From: Alphaproteobacteria bacterium
GTDB lineage: Bacteria > Pseudomonadota > Alphaproteobacteria > Rhodospirillales > Rhodospirillaceae
NCBI GenBank assembly: GCA_030835385.1
Contig: JAURPI010000040.1
Span: 78,735-142,734, forward strand
DNA: 64,000 bases
Direction: 5' to 3'
Positions 27,488 through 37,802 of the stretch are shown here, one piece after another (positions within the stretch are counted from its first letter, which is position 1; each line of letters begins with the position of its first letter). Made by a program: the position numbers and the translations under genes. A model generated the notes under the pieces. The model saw only the letters and a list, made by a program, of their open reading frames with translations, was not told where the DNA came from and did not search any database.

Positions 27488-28464
27488 TGGGCATTAAAAT
27501 TGAGCTGGTTATTGCTATCTTAATGACGTCAATGTTGTTGCATCCAGCGAGCTCGCAAGCTGAAAACGTTGACGTATGTCCACGCGGAGCGTTGGACTCA
27601 AGATACTGTGATCGAGATAAAGATTTGGTCGCGGATTTGCCGACAGACGTTTCGGATTGGCTGGACCCGTCGGCGCTTATTTTCTCGTACACGCCAGTAG
27701 AAGACCCCGCCGTCTACAAAAAGGTTTGGGAAGGTTTTATTGATCACCTTGAAGCCGTAACCGGAAAAAGAGTTATCTTCTTCCCGGTGCAATCTTATGC
27801 CGCTCAGTACGAGGCCATGAGGTCAGGTCGCCTTCATATCGCTGGTATCAATACGGGGGGGGCGCCCGTTGCTGTCAATTGCGCGGGATACGTTCCTTTT
27901 GCGATGATGGCAGCGGAAGACGGTTCCTACGGTTATGAAATGGAAATCATTGTTCCATCGGCCTCAGATCTACAAGTGCCTGCCGACCTTAAAGGCAAGA
28001 CGTTCGCGTTTACGTCTCCTACGTCGAACTCCGGTTTTAAGGCGCCATCTGCTGTTCTTAAATCCGAGTTCAATTTGGTCGCTGATCGAGACTTTGAGTC
28101 TGCGTTCTCGGGAAAACATGACAATTCTATTCTTGGGGTTGCCAATGGGGATTACGAAGCTGCCGCAGTGGCGAATTCAGTCTTAAAGCGTATGATTGAC
28201 CGGGAGGCTGTAGACGGCGCGGCTTTGCGATCAATTTTCAAATCGCAAACGTTTCCGACAACGTCCTTCGGCCATGTCCATAACCTGGACCCCACGCTAG
28301 TAGCTCAGGTAAAGCAGGCGTTCTTCACGTTTCCCTGGGCCGGTTCAGGATTGTCCGAAGAGTTTACGGTAGAGGACGGGTTTGTTTCGATCGGTTATAA
28401 GCCAGATTGGCAGATCATTCGGACCATCGATTCTGCCAATGATGTGAGTTACGACTGCCGCTAA
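27487..28464 (+). CDS. phnD: Phosphonate/phosphite ABC transporter substrate-binding protein
   Basis: Signal peptide and PhnD-family pattern (SGRLHIAG, FTSPTSNSGF). It is followed by phnC and two phnE genes. The ATG overlaps the upstream stop (TAATG). Confidence 0.85.
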   Translation: MGIKIELVIAILMTSMLLHPASSQAENVDVCPRGALDSRYCDRDKDLVADLPTDVSDWLDPSALIFSYTPVEDPAVYKKVWEGFIDHLEAVTGKRVIFFPVQSYAAQYEAMRSGRLHIAGINTGGAPVAVNCAGYVPFAMMAAEDGSYGYEMEIIVPSASDLQVPADLKGKTFAFTSPTSNSGFKAPSAVLKSEFNLVADRDFESAFSGKHDNSILGVANGDYEAAAVANSVLKRMIDREAVDGAALRSIFKSQTFPTTSFGHVHNLDPTLVAQVKQAFFTFPWAGSGLSEEFTVEDGFVSIGYKPDWQIIRTIDSANDVSYDCR

Positions 28465-28505
28465 GCTTGGCTATGGTGGTCTAGAGGTTGGAGTGAGAAG
28501 CGACT

Positions 28506-29318
28506 ATGCCCACGTTGACACTCACCAATCTTACTAAACGCTATCCCACAGGTGATTTAGCTCTCAATGATGTGTCCCTGGATATTCCGGAAGGTCAGGT
28601 GTTGGCACTCATCGGACCATCTGGAGCAGGGAAGAGTACCCTTATTCGGTGTGTTAATCGGTTGGTTGAGCCGACCAGTGGTGCCATCGCCTTGGGCGAT
28701 CTAAATGTGACCCAGATGGGTAGCCGCAAGCTGCGTCGTATGCGCCGCCGCATGGGAATGATTTTTCAAGAGTATGCCCTTGTTGAGCGTCTACCTGTCA
28801 TGGAGAACGTGCTGTCGGGTCGCTTAGGCTACGTGGGATTCTGGGCCAGTTGGTTTCGCCAATTCCCCCGCGAAGATATTTCGCAGGCTTTCAATTTGTT
28901 GGACCGCGTGGGGCTGGCCGGAATGGAGGACAAACGCGCGGACGCATTGTCCGGTGGTCAACGCCAAAGAGTTGGGATTGCGCGGGCGTTGATTCAAAAT
29001 CCCGACCTGCTGCTGGTTGACGAGCCGACCGCTAGTCTTGACCCAAAAACATCACGACAGATCATGCGATTGATTGGTGAGCTTTGTAAGGAGCGGGGAC
29101 TAACAGCGATCGTCAATATTCATGATGTGCCGCTCGCAAGGTTGTTTGCGGAACGGGTCGTGGGCTTAAAATCCGGAGCAGTTGTGTATGACGGATCACC
29201 CGAGGGGCTAACACCTGACGTCCTTACGCAAATTTATGGGGAGGAGGATTGGAACGCCACTAAAGAAGATGGTGATAAATTTTTGACCCAAGGTGAAGAG
29301 GCGGGTGGTGAGTCGTAA
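28506..29318 (+). CDS. phnC: Phosphonate ABC transporter ATP-binding protein
   Basis: Walker [10 protein letters not shown], signature LSGGQRQR and Walker B LLLVDEP. Confidence 0.9.
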   Translation: MPTLTLTNLTKRYPTGDLALNDVSLDIPEGQVLALIGPSGAGKSTLIRCVNRLVEPTSGAIALGDLNVTQMGSRKLRRMRRRMGMIFQEYALVERLPVMENVLSGRLGYVGFWASWFRQFPREDISQAFNLLDRVGLAGMEDKRADALSGGQRQRVGIARALIQNPDLLLVDEPTASLDPKTSRQIMRLIGELCKERGLTAIVNIHDVPLARLFAERVVGLKSGAVVYDGSPEGLTPDVLTQIYGEEDWNATKEDGDKFLTQGEEAGGES

Positions 29319-29320
29319 CC

Positions 29321-30118
29321 ATGGCCGCTAAAACGCAAACTTGGTATCGCCCCCACATCATATCTAATCCGGCTCTTCGATGGGTGCTGGCGTTAGGTAT
29401 AGGAGTCTATCTTGCCGCGGCTATTGGAACGCTCGACATCAATTGGAGCCGAGTGGCTGAAGGTTGGCCGAGAGCACAGCGTTTCTTTTCAGGGTTTATG
29501 CCGCCGGACTTTTTTTCCAGGGGCGACGCCATATTGGATGGGCTGCTTGAAAGCTTATGGATGACTGTCGCCGCGACAGCGCTAGGAGTGTTAATTTCGG
29601 TACCCGTGGCCATCGGTGGCGCGCGCAATGTCTCTCCAGTTCCGGTATATCTTTTTTGCCGGTCCCTCATGGCGGTGTCTCGTGCATTCCACGAAGTTTT
29701 ACTCGCGATTTTCTTCGTCAAACTTTTCGGGTTTGGTCCATTTGCGGGCGTAGCGACGTTAACAATGGCGACAGTTGGTTTTTACGCCAAGCTTCTGGCT
29801 GAAGACATTGAATCGATCAGCGTTGCTCAGTCAGAAGCCATTCGGGCTACGGGTGCCGGTTGGTTGCAGTGGCTCGACTACGCTATTCGCCCCCAGGCAC
29901 GACCGCGGGCCATCGGCCTGGCTATGTATCGATTGGATATTAATTTTCGGGAGTCCGCGATTATTGGTATTGTTGGTGCAGGTGGGATCGGCGCTACTTT
30001 AAACACAGCATTTGATCGCTACGAGTTTGATACGGCTGCAGCAATCCTGTTGATTATCATTGGCATCGTTATGGCCGCCGAATACATGTCAGGCCACATT
30101 CGCAAAGCTGTGCAGTAG
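29321..30118 (+). CDS. phnE: Phosphonate ABC transporter permease
   Basis: A multi-transmembrane protein with PhnE-type motifs (EAIRATGAG, INFRESAIIGIVGAGGIG). Confidence 0.88.
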   Translation: MAAKTQTWYRPHIISNPALRWVLALGIGVYLAAAIGTLDINWSRVAEGWPRAQRFFSGFMPPDFFSRGDAILDGLLESLWMTVAATALGVLISVPVAIGGARNVSPVPVYLFCRSLMAVSRAFHEVLLAIFFVKLFGFGPFAGVATLTMATVGFYAKLLAEDIESISVAQSEAIRATGAGWLQWLDYAIRPQARPRAIGLAMYRLDINFRESAIIGIVGAGGIGATLNTAFDRYEFDTAAAILLIIIGIVMAAEYMSGHIRKAVQ

Positions 30119-30933
30119 TGCCTGTTTCACGTGACAGTCATGGTCCTGTTTGGCGGCAGCGCACGCGAGCTGGTGACTTAGCAACTTGGTTTGCTTGGCT
30201 CACAGGCCTAGCGGTCGTTGCCATTTGCTTGTCTTTCATTTCTGACAAAACCATTTGGGAATTTGTTTGGAGTGCGCCGAGAGAAGCAGCTGATCTCGGT
30301 TCGCGTATGATACCGCCGGATTGGACGTACTCGACACAATTGTGGCGCCCCCTTTGGGACACCTTCAATATCGCGACGTTGGGCACGGCTATTGCGTTGG
30401 GGGTGTCGGTGCCCGTGGCGTTCTGTGCGGCTCGCAACACAACCCCCAGCACAAAACTTGTGCGACCGATTGCCTTATTCGTAATCGCGGCGTCCCGCTC
30501 AATCAACTCGCTGATTTGGGCACTTTTGTTGGTGGTTATTGTCGGGCCCGGTGTTTTTGCTGGTGTTCTTGCAATAGCGTTCCGGTCGATCGGGTTTTGC
30601 GGAAAGCTTTTGTATGAGGCGATCGAAGAAATAGAGGTCTCGCCGGTTGAGGCGGTTACGGCGACAGGCGCTTCGTCTGGGCAGATTCTAACTTATGGGG
30701 TTGTGCCGCAAATCATGCCGGCTTTCGCGGGCATCTCCGTGTTTCGGTGGGATATCAACATTCGAGAGTCGACAATTCTGGGGTTGGTTGGGGCTGGGGG
30801 TATCGGCCTGCAACTAAATGCTTCCATCAACAACCTGGACTGGTCCCGGGTCGCAGTCATTCTAATCGCAATACTCTTGACGGTTATTATATCCGAATGG
30901 TTGTCCGCGAAAATTCGGCGCGCGTTGTCCTAG
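30118..30933 (+). CDS. phnE: Phosphonate ABC transporter permease (second PhnE)
   Basis: A paralogous PhnE (EAVTATGAS, INIRESTILGLVGAGGIG). The GTG start overlaps the upstream stop by 1 nt. Confidence 0.88.
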   Translation: MPVSRDSHGPVWRQRTRAGDLATWFAWLTGLAVVAICLSFISDKTIWEFVWSAPREAADLGSRMIPPDWTYSTQLWRPLWDTFNIATLGTAIALGVSVPVAFCAARNTTPSTKLVRPIALFVIAASRSINSLIWALLLVVIVGPGVFAGVLAIAFRSIGFCGKLLYEAIEEIEVSPVEAVTATGASSGQILTYGVVPQIMPAFAGISVFRWDINIRESTILGLVGAGGIGLQLNASINNLDWSRVAVILIAILLTVIISEWLSAKIRRALS

Positions 30934-30938
30934 CTGCC

Positions 30939-32741
30939 TTATTCCGGTCGTGCTTTGCAGTATGACCCCGGAGCAACTTCTATAACCTTTAATCCGCCTT
31001 TGCCTGGAACGCGAGCTGCGATCTTTTTCCCAGATTTGGATTTGAGCCATTTGTCCCAGTCGGTCCACCAGGACCCTGGATTCTCTTTGCTGGTCGCCAG
31101 CCAATCTTCAGCTGACTCTGGGTTTTTTGTGTTGGTCCAGAAGCAATACTTTTTCGCTGCTGGAGGATTGACTACACCGGCAATATGGCCAGACGCCGAT
31201 AATACGAAGCGGACTTTGCTCTTAAACAGTTTCGTTGCCTCGTACGTCGAGGCCCAAGGGGCGATGTGATCTTCTTTACAAGAAATCATATAGGTCGGGA
31301 GATCAACTGTTGTTAGGTCGATGGGTTCGCCGGCAAGTGAAATGCTACCTGGCTTAACGAGATTGTTTTCCAGATACATATTGCGCAAGTAGAAGCTGTG
31401 CATCTCTTTGGGCATGCGGGTGGAATCTGAATTCCAGTACAAAAGATCGAACGGGAATGGGTCCTTACCGAGAAGGTAGTTGTTAACTACAAAGGACCAA
31501 ATCAGATCGTTCGATCGCAGCATATTAAAGGTGGTCGCCATGTCAGCGCCTTCAAGGAAGCCACCACTTTCGTCCATACGTTTTTCAAGGCCTTCGACCT
31601 GTTCTTCATCAATGAAAACGCGAATGTCTCCAACATCACGAAAATCAGTCAGTGCCGTAAAGAATGTCGCCGTTTTAACGCTGTCGTCTCCTTTGGCCTT
31701 TAGGTAGGCCAGTGTGGCAGAGAGGAGTGTGCCACCGATGCAATATCCCGTGACATGGACCTGCTTGACCTTGCAGGCATTTTTGACCGCTTCGATCGCA
31801 CCAATCGCGCCCTCAAGCATGTAATCTTCGAAGCTTTTGTGGGCCAAGGTTTCATCAGGATTGACCCATGACACAACGAAAGTGGTGTAACCCTGGTCGG
31901 TCAGCCACTTCACTAGCGAATTTTTCTCGCGCAAATCTAAGATGTAATACTTGTTGATCCACGGTGGCATAATGAGGAGCGGTGTAGAATGCTGCTGGTC
32001 TGTCGTTGGCTCGTATTGAATCAGTTGTATGAGATCGTTCTGAAAGACAACTTTTCCAGGCGTTACGGCCACATTGACGCCCAGTTCAAAGGTTTCTTCG
32101 TCTGTCATCGAAATACGAAGCTTGCCCTTACCCTTTTCGAGGTCCTCCAGCATATTTTCGAGACCGCTGATGAGGTTTTCTCCGCCTGTCTCCGAGGTTG
32201 CTCGCAGTACTTCAGGATTGGTCAGTGCGAAGTTGGTTGGGGCAATCGCATCGGCAAATTGTCTGGTGTAAAAATCGACCTTACGGGCCGTCTGCGCGTC
32301 AAGACCCTCGACATCATTCACCGTTGAATTCATCCAGCGGGTTGTAAGCAGATAGGATTGCTTGATGAAGTCAAAGACTTCGTTTTCCTGCCATTGGTAG
32401 TCCTTAAAGCGTCGGTCGCCTTTCTCCGGTTCAATCACGGGACCGCCGCTCTCTTCCCCGAGCATCTTTAGGGTCGTGTTGCGCCAAAGTGCCATGTAGT
32501 CGTTCCACAGATTGACCTGAGCTTCGACGTACCGACCTGGATCCTGCATCATTTTCTGGGTCAGTTCCATGAAAGCGGTGCCGATATGAGCGTATTCACC
32601 CATAGCCATCCCATCACCAGAAGCATTGCGGGCTATGAAGTCAGAAACGAGACGCTGCGATCGGTCTGCTATGCTGGCCATGCTCTGGGCAAGTTTTTGG
32701 GCCCTCTCGGAAGGGTCTTTATTTTCGTTCGGATGTGTCAT
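30939..32741 (-). CDS. phaC: Class I poly(R)-hydroxyalkanoate synthase
   Basis: 600 aa with the lipase-box variant GYCIGGT and PhaC N- and C-domain patterns. Confidence 0.92.
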   Translation of the reverse strand: MTHPNENKDPSERAQKLAQSMASIADRSQRLVSDFIARNASGDGMAMGEYAHIGTAFMELTQKMMQDPGRYVEAQVNLWNDYMALWRNTTLKMLGEESGGPVIEPEKGDRRFKDYQWQENEVFDFIKQSYLLTTRWMNSTVNDVEGLDAQTARKVDFYTRQFADAIAPTNFALTNPEVLRATSETGGENLISGLENMLEDLEKGKGKLRISMTDEETFELGVNVAVTPGKVVFQNDLIQLIQYEPTTDQQHSTPLLIMPPWINKYYILDLREKNSLVKWLTDQGYTTFVVSWVNPDETLAHKSFEDYMLEGAIGAIEAVKNACKVKQVHVTGYCIGGTLLSATLAYLKAKGDDSVKTATFFTALTDFRDVGDIRVFIDEEQVEGLEKRMDESGGFLEGADMATTFNMLRSNDLIWSFVVNNYLLGKDPFPFDLLYWNSDSTRMPKEMHSFYLRNMYLENNLVKPGSISLAGEPIDLTTVDLPTYMISCKEDHIAPWASTYEATKLFKSKVRFVLSASGHIAGVVNPPAAKKYCFWTNTKNPESAEDWLATSKENPGSWWTDWDKWLKSKSGKKIAARVPGKGGLKVIEVAPGSYCKARPE

Positions 32742-32968
32742 GATGCCTTTTTTCGATGCTTTATCGGTCGATGTTCACCCGGGAAACCGGCCTGAACTAA
32801 CGGTACTTTTGTTGGTAACGGGAATGCTGGGCTAGTGAGGCCCATTCTGCTCGGCCTTTAGAGGTTTTTTTCTGGCCCAACTCGCGGTATGGAATAGGCG
32901 GAAAGGCTTGGCTTGTCTAGGATGTTTGGTAGGCCAATCCTGCGATTTTGATGTACTAACGCGTTATC

Positions 32969-34075
32969 ATGAGCTGGGCTGGTTCATTGACTGGCACTGG
33001 GTTTGAGGCAAAGGGGCGATCCATGACTGCTGCGGCTGAACACGGCGCGACAGAAGAGAGCGATGTAATATCCACGTTGGTTTGCTGGGTGGCCCCATTC
33101 GCGTTGTGTATGGCGCTCGGTGCTTGCTCTACGGTGACTGACGTATGGGATGGAACAACAGAAGCTGTCGGGAGCCTCTTTTCCAGTGACGAAGATGAGA
33201 TCGCTGAAGAGACGGAAGAGGGATACCCGGATTTGGCAAACGTGCCAGCCAATGCCCCACAGTTAGGATCGGCAGCCGAGAGAAGTGCTGCGACTGAGGG
33301 TCTCATAGCGGATAGAAACCAAGCGCAATATACCGAACAGGTTCGTCGTCGCGACCCAGTGGCCGTGCGACCATTACAAGGAGGGTCCGAACAACCCGTT
33401 GCTCAGGCTACCAATGAGCCCCCACCCCCGGTCGCCGCCCCAGTAGGGCAGGTGACTCAAGTGAACCCTGCGACGCGCACGAGACCTTCGCTTGCAGAGA
33501 GATTAGGTGCGGCACCGCCGCCGCCACCGCCAGCCTCGGCTGCCAGTGCTCCACCACCTCCGCCAGTGCCTTCTGTCCCAGCCGCGGTTAGCGCTGCCCA
33601 AGTACCGAGCCCGTCGACATCATCCACCGTAGTCATTGGTGGTAGCGATCCAGCCCCATCGGTTCAGACTGCGTCTGTTCCGAACGCTCTATCGTCTTAC
33701 GACGCGTCTGCTTACCGAGTGTCGACGCATATTACGACGATCACGTTTCCGACTGGGAGCAGCCGCCTGACGTCATCAGATCGTCGAGCTCTTGATAATG
33801 TGATCAAGCTTCGTTCTGAATACAATGGCGCGATCCGTGTCATTGGCCATGCGTCTAGCCGTACTCAGAACTTAGATCCTCTGCGCCACAAACTCGCCAA
33901 TTTCCGAGTTTCTCTCAACCGTGCCAACTCTGTTGCGGCAGCTCTCATGTCGAAGGGGCTTCCGGCTGACAGGCTGTTTGTCGGCGCTGTTTCCGATAAT
34001 GAGCCTCTCTACTATGAAGTAATGCCGGCCGGGGAGAGCGGTAATCAAAGGGCTGAAATTTATCTGGATTACTAG
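32969..34075 (+). CDS. OmpA/MotB-family peptidoglycan-binding (lipo)protein with a Pro/Ala-rich linker
   Basis: C-terminal OmpA_C-like domain (FPTGSSRLTSSDRRALDNV...GHASSR...NRANSVAAAL...NQRAEIYL) and a lipobox-like LGAC. The true start is uncertain; ATG 33023 and other candidates exist. Confidence 0.75.
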   Translation: MSWAGSLTGTGFEAKGRSMTAAAEHGATEESDVISTLVCWVAPFALCMALGACSTVTDVWDGTTEAVGSLFSSDEDEIAEETEEGYPDLANVPANAPQLGSAAERSAATEGLIADRNQAQYTEQVRRRDPVAVRPLQGGSEQPVAQATNEPPPPVAAPVGQVTQVNPATRTRPSLAERLGAAPPPPPPASAASAPPPPPVPSVPAAVSAAQVPSPSTSSTVVIGGSDPAPSVQTASVPNALSSYDASAYRVSTHITTITFPTGSSRLTSSDRRALDNVIKLRSEYNGAIRVIGHASSRTQNLDPLRHKLANFRVSLNRANSVAAALMSKGLPADRLFVGAVSDNEPLYYEVMPAGESGNQRAEIYLDY

Positions 34076-34214
34076 TGCCTAGAATTAACCCCGAAGTTGC
34101 CCTGTCTTTGGCTCAATCGCCCATGTACTTCCTAGCTGTTCTATGACCCACACGGTAAATAGAACGCGAATGCTGACCAACTCTATTTAACCCTGTAACC
34201 CGTCAAGAAAAGCC

Positions 34215-35435
34215 ATGTCCCAAGAATTTCACCGCATAAAGCGCCTGCCTCCCTACGTGTTTGCTGAAGTCAACGCGATGAAGGCTGCCGCGCGTGCCGC
34301 CGGTGAAGACATCATCGATTTGGGCATGGGTAACCCTGACCTTCCGACGCCAAGTCATATCGTCGACAAGTTATGTGAAACCGCCCGCGACCCAAAGGCT
34401 CATCGTTATTCTGCGAGCGCTGGGATCAAGGGGTTGCGACGTGCGCTTTCTGCTTATTACGAGAGGCGCTTTAACGTCTCGATAGACCCTAATAAGGAAT
34501 GCATTGTCACGCTTGGGTCGAAAGAGGGGTTGGCCAACTTGGCCTCCGCGATGACAAGTCCTGGTGACATCGTCCTGACGCCCAATCCCAGTTATCCCAT
34601 TCATCCTTTTGGATTTATTATTGCCGACGGGTCGGTCCAGCATTTGCCGGTGATCCCCGATGATAATTTTCTGCACGCTTTAGAGCAGGCTATGATGCAC
34701 AGCGTGCCGAAGCCTGTAGCGCTGATCCTGAACTACCCGTCCAATCCGACCGCTCTTGTTGCAGACCTCGATTTTTATGCCCAAGTGGTCGACTTCTGTA
34801 AGCGACACAACATTTGGATTTTGTCTGATCTCGCCTACTCAGAAATTTACTTCGACAACAATCCGCCGCCGTCGATTCTGCAAGTGCCGGGCGCAAAAGA
34901 CATTGCGGTTGAATTTACGTCAATGAGCAAGACCTACAGCATGCCCGGTTGGCGTATTGGATTTGTCGCTGGCAACCAATTCTTGGTGGGAGCGCTGACG
35001 CGAATAAAATCCTATTTGGATTACGGTGCCTTCACGCCTATTCAGGTTGCGGCGGCTGCGGCTCTAAATGGACCTCAAGACTGTGTCGGTGAAATTCGAG
35101 GCATCTACAAGGGCCGGCGTGACGTTTTGATCGAAGGTTTCGCGCAAGCCGGATGGAACATTCCGTCGCCGCCTGCGACGATGTTTGCTTGGGCACCTGT
35201 GCCTGAAGAATTTAAACACCACGGTTGTATGGGCTTTTCCAAACTCCTCCTGCAACATGCCAAAGTAGCGGTGTCGCCGGGTACTGGTTTCGGTGAAAAC
35301 GGAGCAGGGTACGTACGCATTGCGTTGGTCGAGAATAAGCATCGCATTCGTCAGGCGATACGTAATGTGAAGCAGTTCATGGCTGATGCCGGGTCCGTTC
35401 TGGAAGCCGCCGAAAAGGAAAAGGTGGTCTCATGA
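34215..35435 (+). CDS. Class I/II PLP-dependent aminotransferase (AlaC/YfdZ-like)
   Basis: RIKRLPPYVFAEVNAMKAAARAAGEDIIDLGMGNPDLPTPSHIV closely parallels the AlaC-type N-terminus. SMSKTYSMPGWR carries the PLP lysine. Confidence 0.88.
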   Translation: MSQEFHRIKRLPPYVFAEVNAMKAAARAAGEDIIDLGMGNPDLPTPSHIVDKLCETARDPKAHRYSASAGIKGLRRALSAYYERRFNVSIDPNKECIVTLGSKEGLANLASAMTSPGDIVLTPNPSYPIHPFGFIIADGSVQHLPVIPDDNFLHALEQAMMHSVPKPVALILNYPSNPTALVADLDFYAQVVDFCKRHNIWILSDLAYSEIYFDNNPPPSILQVPGAKDIAVEFTSMSKTYSMPGWRIGFVAGNQFLVGALTRIKSYLDYGAFTPIQVAAAAALNGPQDCVGEIRGIYKGRRDVLIEGFAQAGWNIPSPPATMFAWAPVPEEFKHHGCMGFSKLLLQHAKVAVSPGTGFGENGAGYVRIALVENKHRIRQAIRNVKQFMADAGSVLEAAEKEKVVS

Positions 35436-36733
35436 GCGACCCCCTTAAGGTCGCAATTGCAGGCCTCGGCACGGTAGGCGCTGGGACCGTCCAGGTGCTC
35501 ACCAACCACGCTGATCAAATTGCGGCACGCTGCGGTAGCCAAATCATCGTAACGGCAGTGTCGGCACGAAGTCGCGATAAAGATCGTGGCTTTGATGTCT
35601 CGCCCTACGCCTGGTTTGACGACCCTGTGGACATGGCGACAGAAGCCGATGCTGACGTGATCGTGGAGCTGATTGGCGGATCGACGGGAACGGCCTTAGA
35701 CCTTACAAAAGCGGCATTCTCATCTGGACGTCATGTTGTAACAGCAAACAAAGCTTTGGTCGCTGAGGCTGGGACAGAACTTGCGGAGGCCGCTGAAGCT
35801 TCAAGCGCAACGTTGGCTTACGAGGCTGCAGTTGCGGGTGGAATTCCCATTATCAAGGCGTTGCGTGAGGGTCTTGCTGGTAACCAAGTCATCCGTGTCT
35901 TGGGAATATTGAACGGCACATGCAATTACATTTTGTCGACTATGGAGTCGACCGGCCGGGACTTCGACGATGTTTTAAAGGAAGCCCAAGATTTGGGATA
36001 CGCCGAAGCTGACCCGAGTTTTGATATTGATGGTGTAGATGCGGCCCATAAGCTGGCCATTCTTGCTAGTCTGGCTTTTGGCACCAAAGTTGGCTTCCAA
36101 GATGTCCACATTGAAGGAATTCGCGGCGTCGCGGCCATTGATTTCGAATATGCCCGTGATCTCGGATTTCGTATCAAGCTGTTGGGGCTGGCCGGGCAAA
36201 CCGACCAGGGAATCTCTCAACGGGTCTATCCTTGCCTTATTGACGAGCACGGACCACTCGCAATTGTTGACGGCTCCTTCAATGCCGTGATTGCCGAAGG
36301 AGATTTCGTCGGCCGATCCGTCTACGAAGGGCGAGGGGCCGGTGCGGGTCCAACGGCATCCGCTGTGGTCGCAGATATCATTGATATTGCCGCAGGACGG
36401 CTGAATTACACGTTTGGCGTTCCTGCTGCCGACCTAAAGGAATTGGTTTCTACGCCCATTGAGAACCGTGTCGGAGCGTTCTATGTGCGCCTCAAAGTCG
36501 TCGATCAGACGGGCGTATTTGCCGATATCGGGTCCGTGTTCCGGGACCACAGTATTTCTATGGAATCTATCCTGCAGCGTGATCACGATAGCGATGGCAA
36601 TGTCCATGTTGTCATAGTGACCCATGACGTTAAGGAATCCGCGCTCAATGCGGCTCTGACGAGCCTTGCGGCGCATGAAGCGATGGTTGAAAAGCCCCAT
36701 GTCATTCGAATTGAAGACGTTGGGGGAGAATAA
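35432..36733 (+). CDS. hom: Homoserine dehydrogenase
   Basis: N-terminal VAIAGLGTVGAG Rossmann motif, the central HSDH domain and a C-terminal ACT domain. Confidence 0.92.
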   Translation: MSDPLKVAIAGLGTVGAGTVQVLTNHADQIAARCGSQIIVTAVSARSRDKDRGFDVSPYAWFDDPVDMATEADADVIVELIGGSTGTALDLTKAAFSSGRHVVTANKALVAEAGTELAEAAEASSATLAYEAAVAGGIPIIKALREGLAGNQVIRVLGILNGTCNYILSTMESTGRDFDDVLKEAQDLGYAEADPSFDIDGVDAAHKLAILASLAFGTKVGFQDVHIEGIRGVAAIDFEYARDLGFRIKLLGLAGQTDQGISQRVYPCLIDEHGPLAIVDGSFNAVIAEGDFVGRSVYEGRGAGAGPTASAVVADIIDIAAGRLNYTFGVPAADLKELVSTPIENRVGAFYVRLKVVDQTGVFADIGSVFRDHSISMESILQRDHDSDGNVHVVIVTHDVKESALNAALTSLAAHEAMVEKPHVIRIEDVGGE

Positions 36734-36803
36734 TAAGGGGTTGGTTTGACTCCACGCGTAGACGGGTTAGAACGAAGTCAACGCGATAACACCCGGAGGG
36801 AAG

Positions 36804-37796
36804 ATGTCACTGCAACTCGATAGTAGCTTCAACAATGTATTGGAGCGCAATCTGGCACTCGAGACGGTTCGGGTCACGGAAGCTGCTGCCCTGTCAGCGT
36901 CTCGCCTAATGGGACGCGGCGATGAAAAGGCTGCTGATCAGGCGGCCGTTGACGCCATGCGACAAGCTCTGAACAGCCTCAACATCCAAGGTACGGTAGT
37001 GATTGGCGAGGGCGAGCGCGACGAGGCGCCAATGCTGTATATCGGCGAGAAGGTGGGCAGCGGCGAAGGTCCTAAAATCGATATCGCGCTAGATCCCCTT
37101 GAGGGCACGACGATTACGGCAAAAGGCGGGCCAAATGCGCTAGCAGTTATTGCTATGGCCGAAGCGGGCAACTTTCTAAACGCTCCAGATGTTTACATGG
37201 ACAAGATTGCCGTTGGACCTGGATTGCCGCCAGGTATTGTCGACATTGATAACGATACGGCGGATAACCTAAAGGCACTGGCTAGTGAAAAGCAGTGTGA
37301 TGTTTCTGACCTCGTTGTCTGCATTCTTGATCGTCCACGGCATGAAGAATTGATGGCTCGCGTGCGCGAAGCTGGTGCGCGGATCATGTTAATTTCCGAT
37401 GGCGATGTGTCCGGGGTGATCGCAACTGCTGAACCTGAGAGTGGCGTTGATATTTACATTGGGTCTGGTGGGGCGCCTGAGGGTGTGCTGGCTGCAGCCG
37501 CGTTGCGCTGCATCGGTGGCCAAATGCAAAGCCGATTGCTGTTCCGCAACGAAGATGAAAAAGCGCGCGCCCGGAAATGGGGCATCGAAGATTTAGATCG
37601 CAAGTACTCCATGCTGGATATGGCCAAAGGGAACGTCATGTTTGCAGCGACTGGTGTGACCAGTGGGGCGATGCTTAAGGGTGTTCGTCGCTTTGCCGGG
37701 GGGGCAGTGACTCACTCTCTTGTCATGCGGTCCAAGTCCCGTACCGTCCGATATATTGATGCTCACCATTGCTTCGATAGTGAGGATGCCAAATAG
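36804..37796 (+). CDS. glpX: Class II fructose-1,6-bisphosphatase
   Basis: GlpX motifs (VTEAAALSASRLMGRGDEKAADQAAVDAMR, DPLEGTT). Confidence 0.93.
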   Translation: MSLQLDSSFNNVLERNLALETVRVTEAAALSASRLMGRGDEKAADQAAVDAMRQALNSLNIQGTVVIGEGERDEAPMLYIGEKVGSGEGPKIDIALDPLEGTTITAKGGPNALAVIAMAEAGNFLNAPDVYMDKIAVGPGLPPGIVDIDNDTADNLKALASEKQCDVSDLVVCILDRPRHEELMARVREAGARIMLISDGDVSGVIATAEPESGVDIYIGSGGAPEGVLAAAALRCIGGQMQSRLLFRNEDEKARARKWGIEDLDRKYSMLDMAKGNVMFAATGVTSGAMLKGVRRFAGGAVTHSLVMRSKSRTVRYIDAHHCFDSEDAK

Positions 37797-37802
37797 GCGC
37801 AG

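Noticed and set aside
27487-30933. The phn genes as part of a C-P lyase or phosphonatase catabolic island
   Set aside because: Only the transporter genes (phnD, phnC and two phnE) are present. No phnGHIJKLM, phnX/W or related catabolic genes are in the window.
33400-33620. Proline/alanine-rich low-complexity stretch as a tandem DNA repeat or contingency locus
   Set aside because: It is in frame within the OmpA-like gene and encodes a PPPP/APS-type linker. No exact nucleotide tandem unit is evident.
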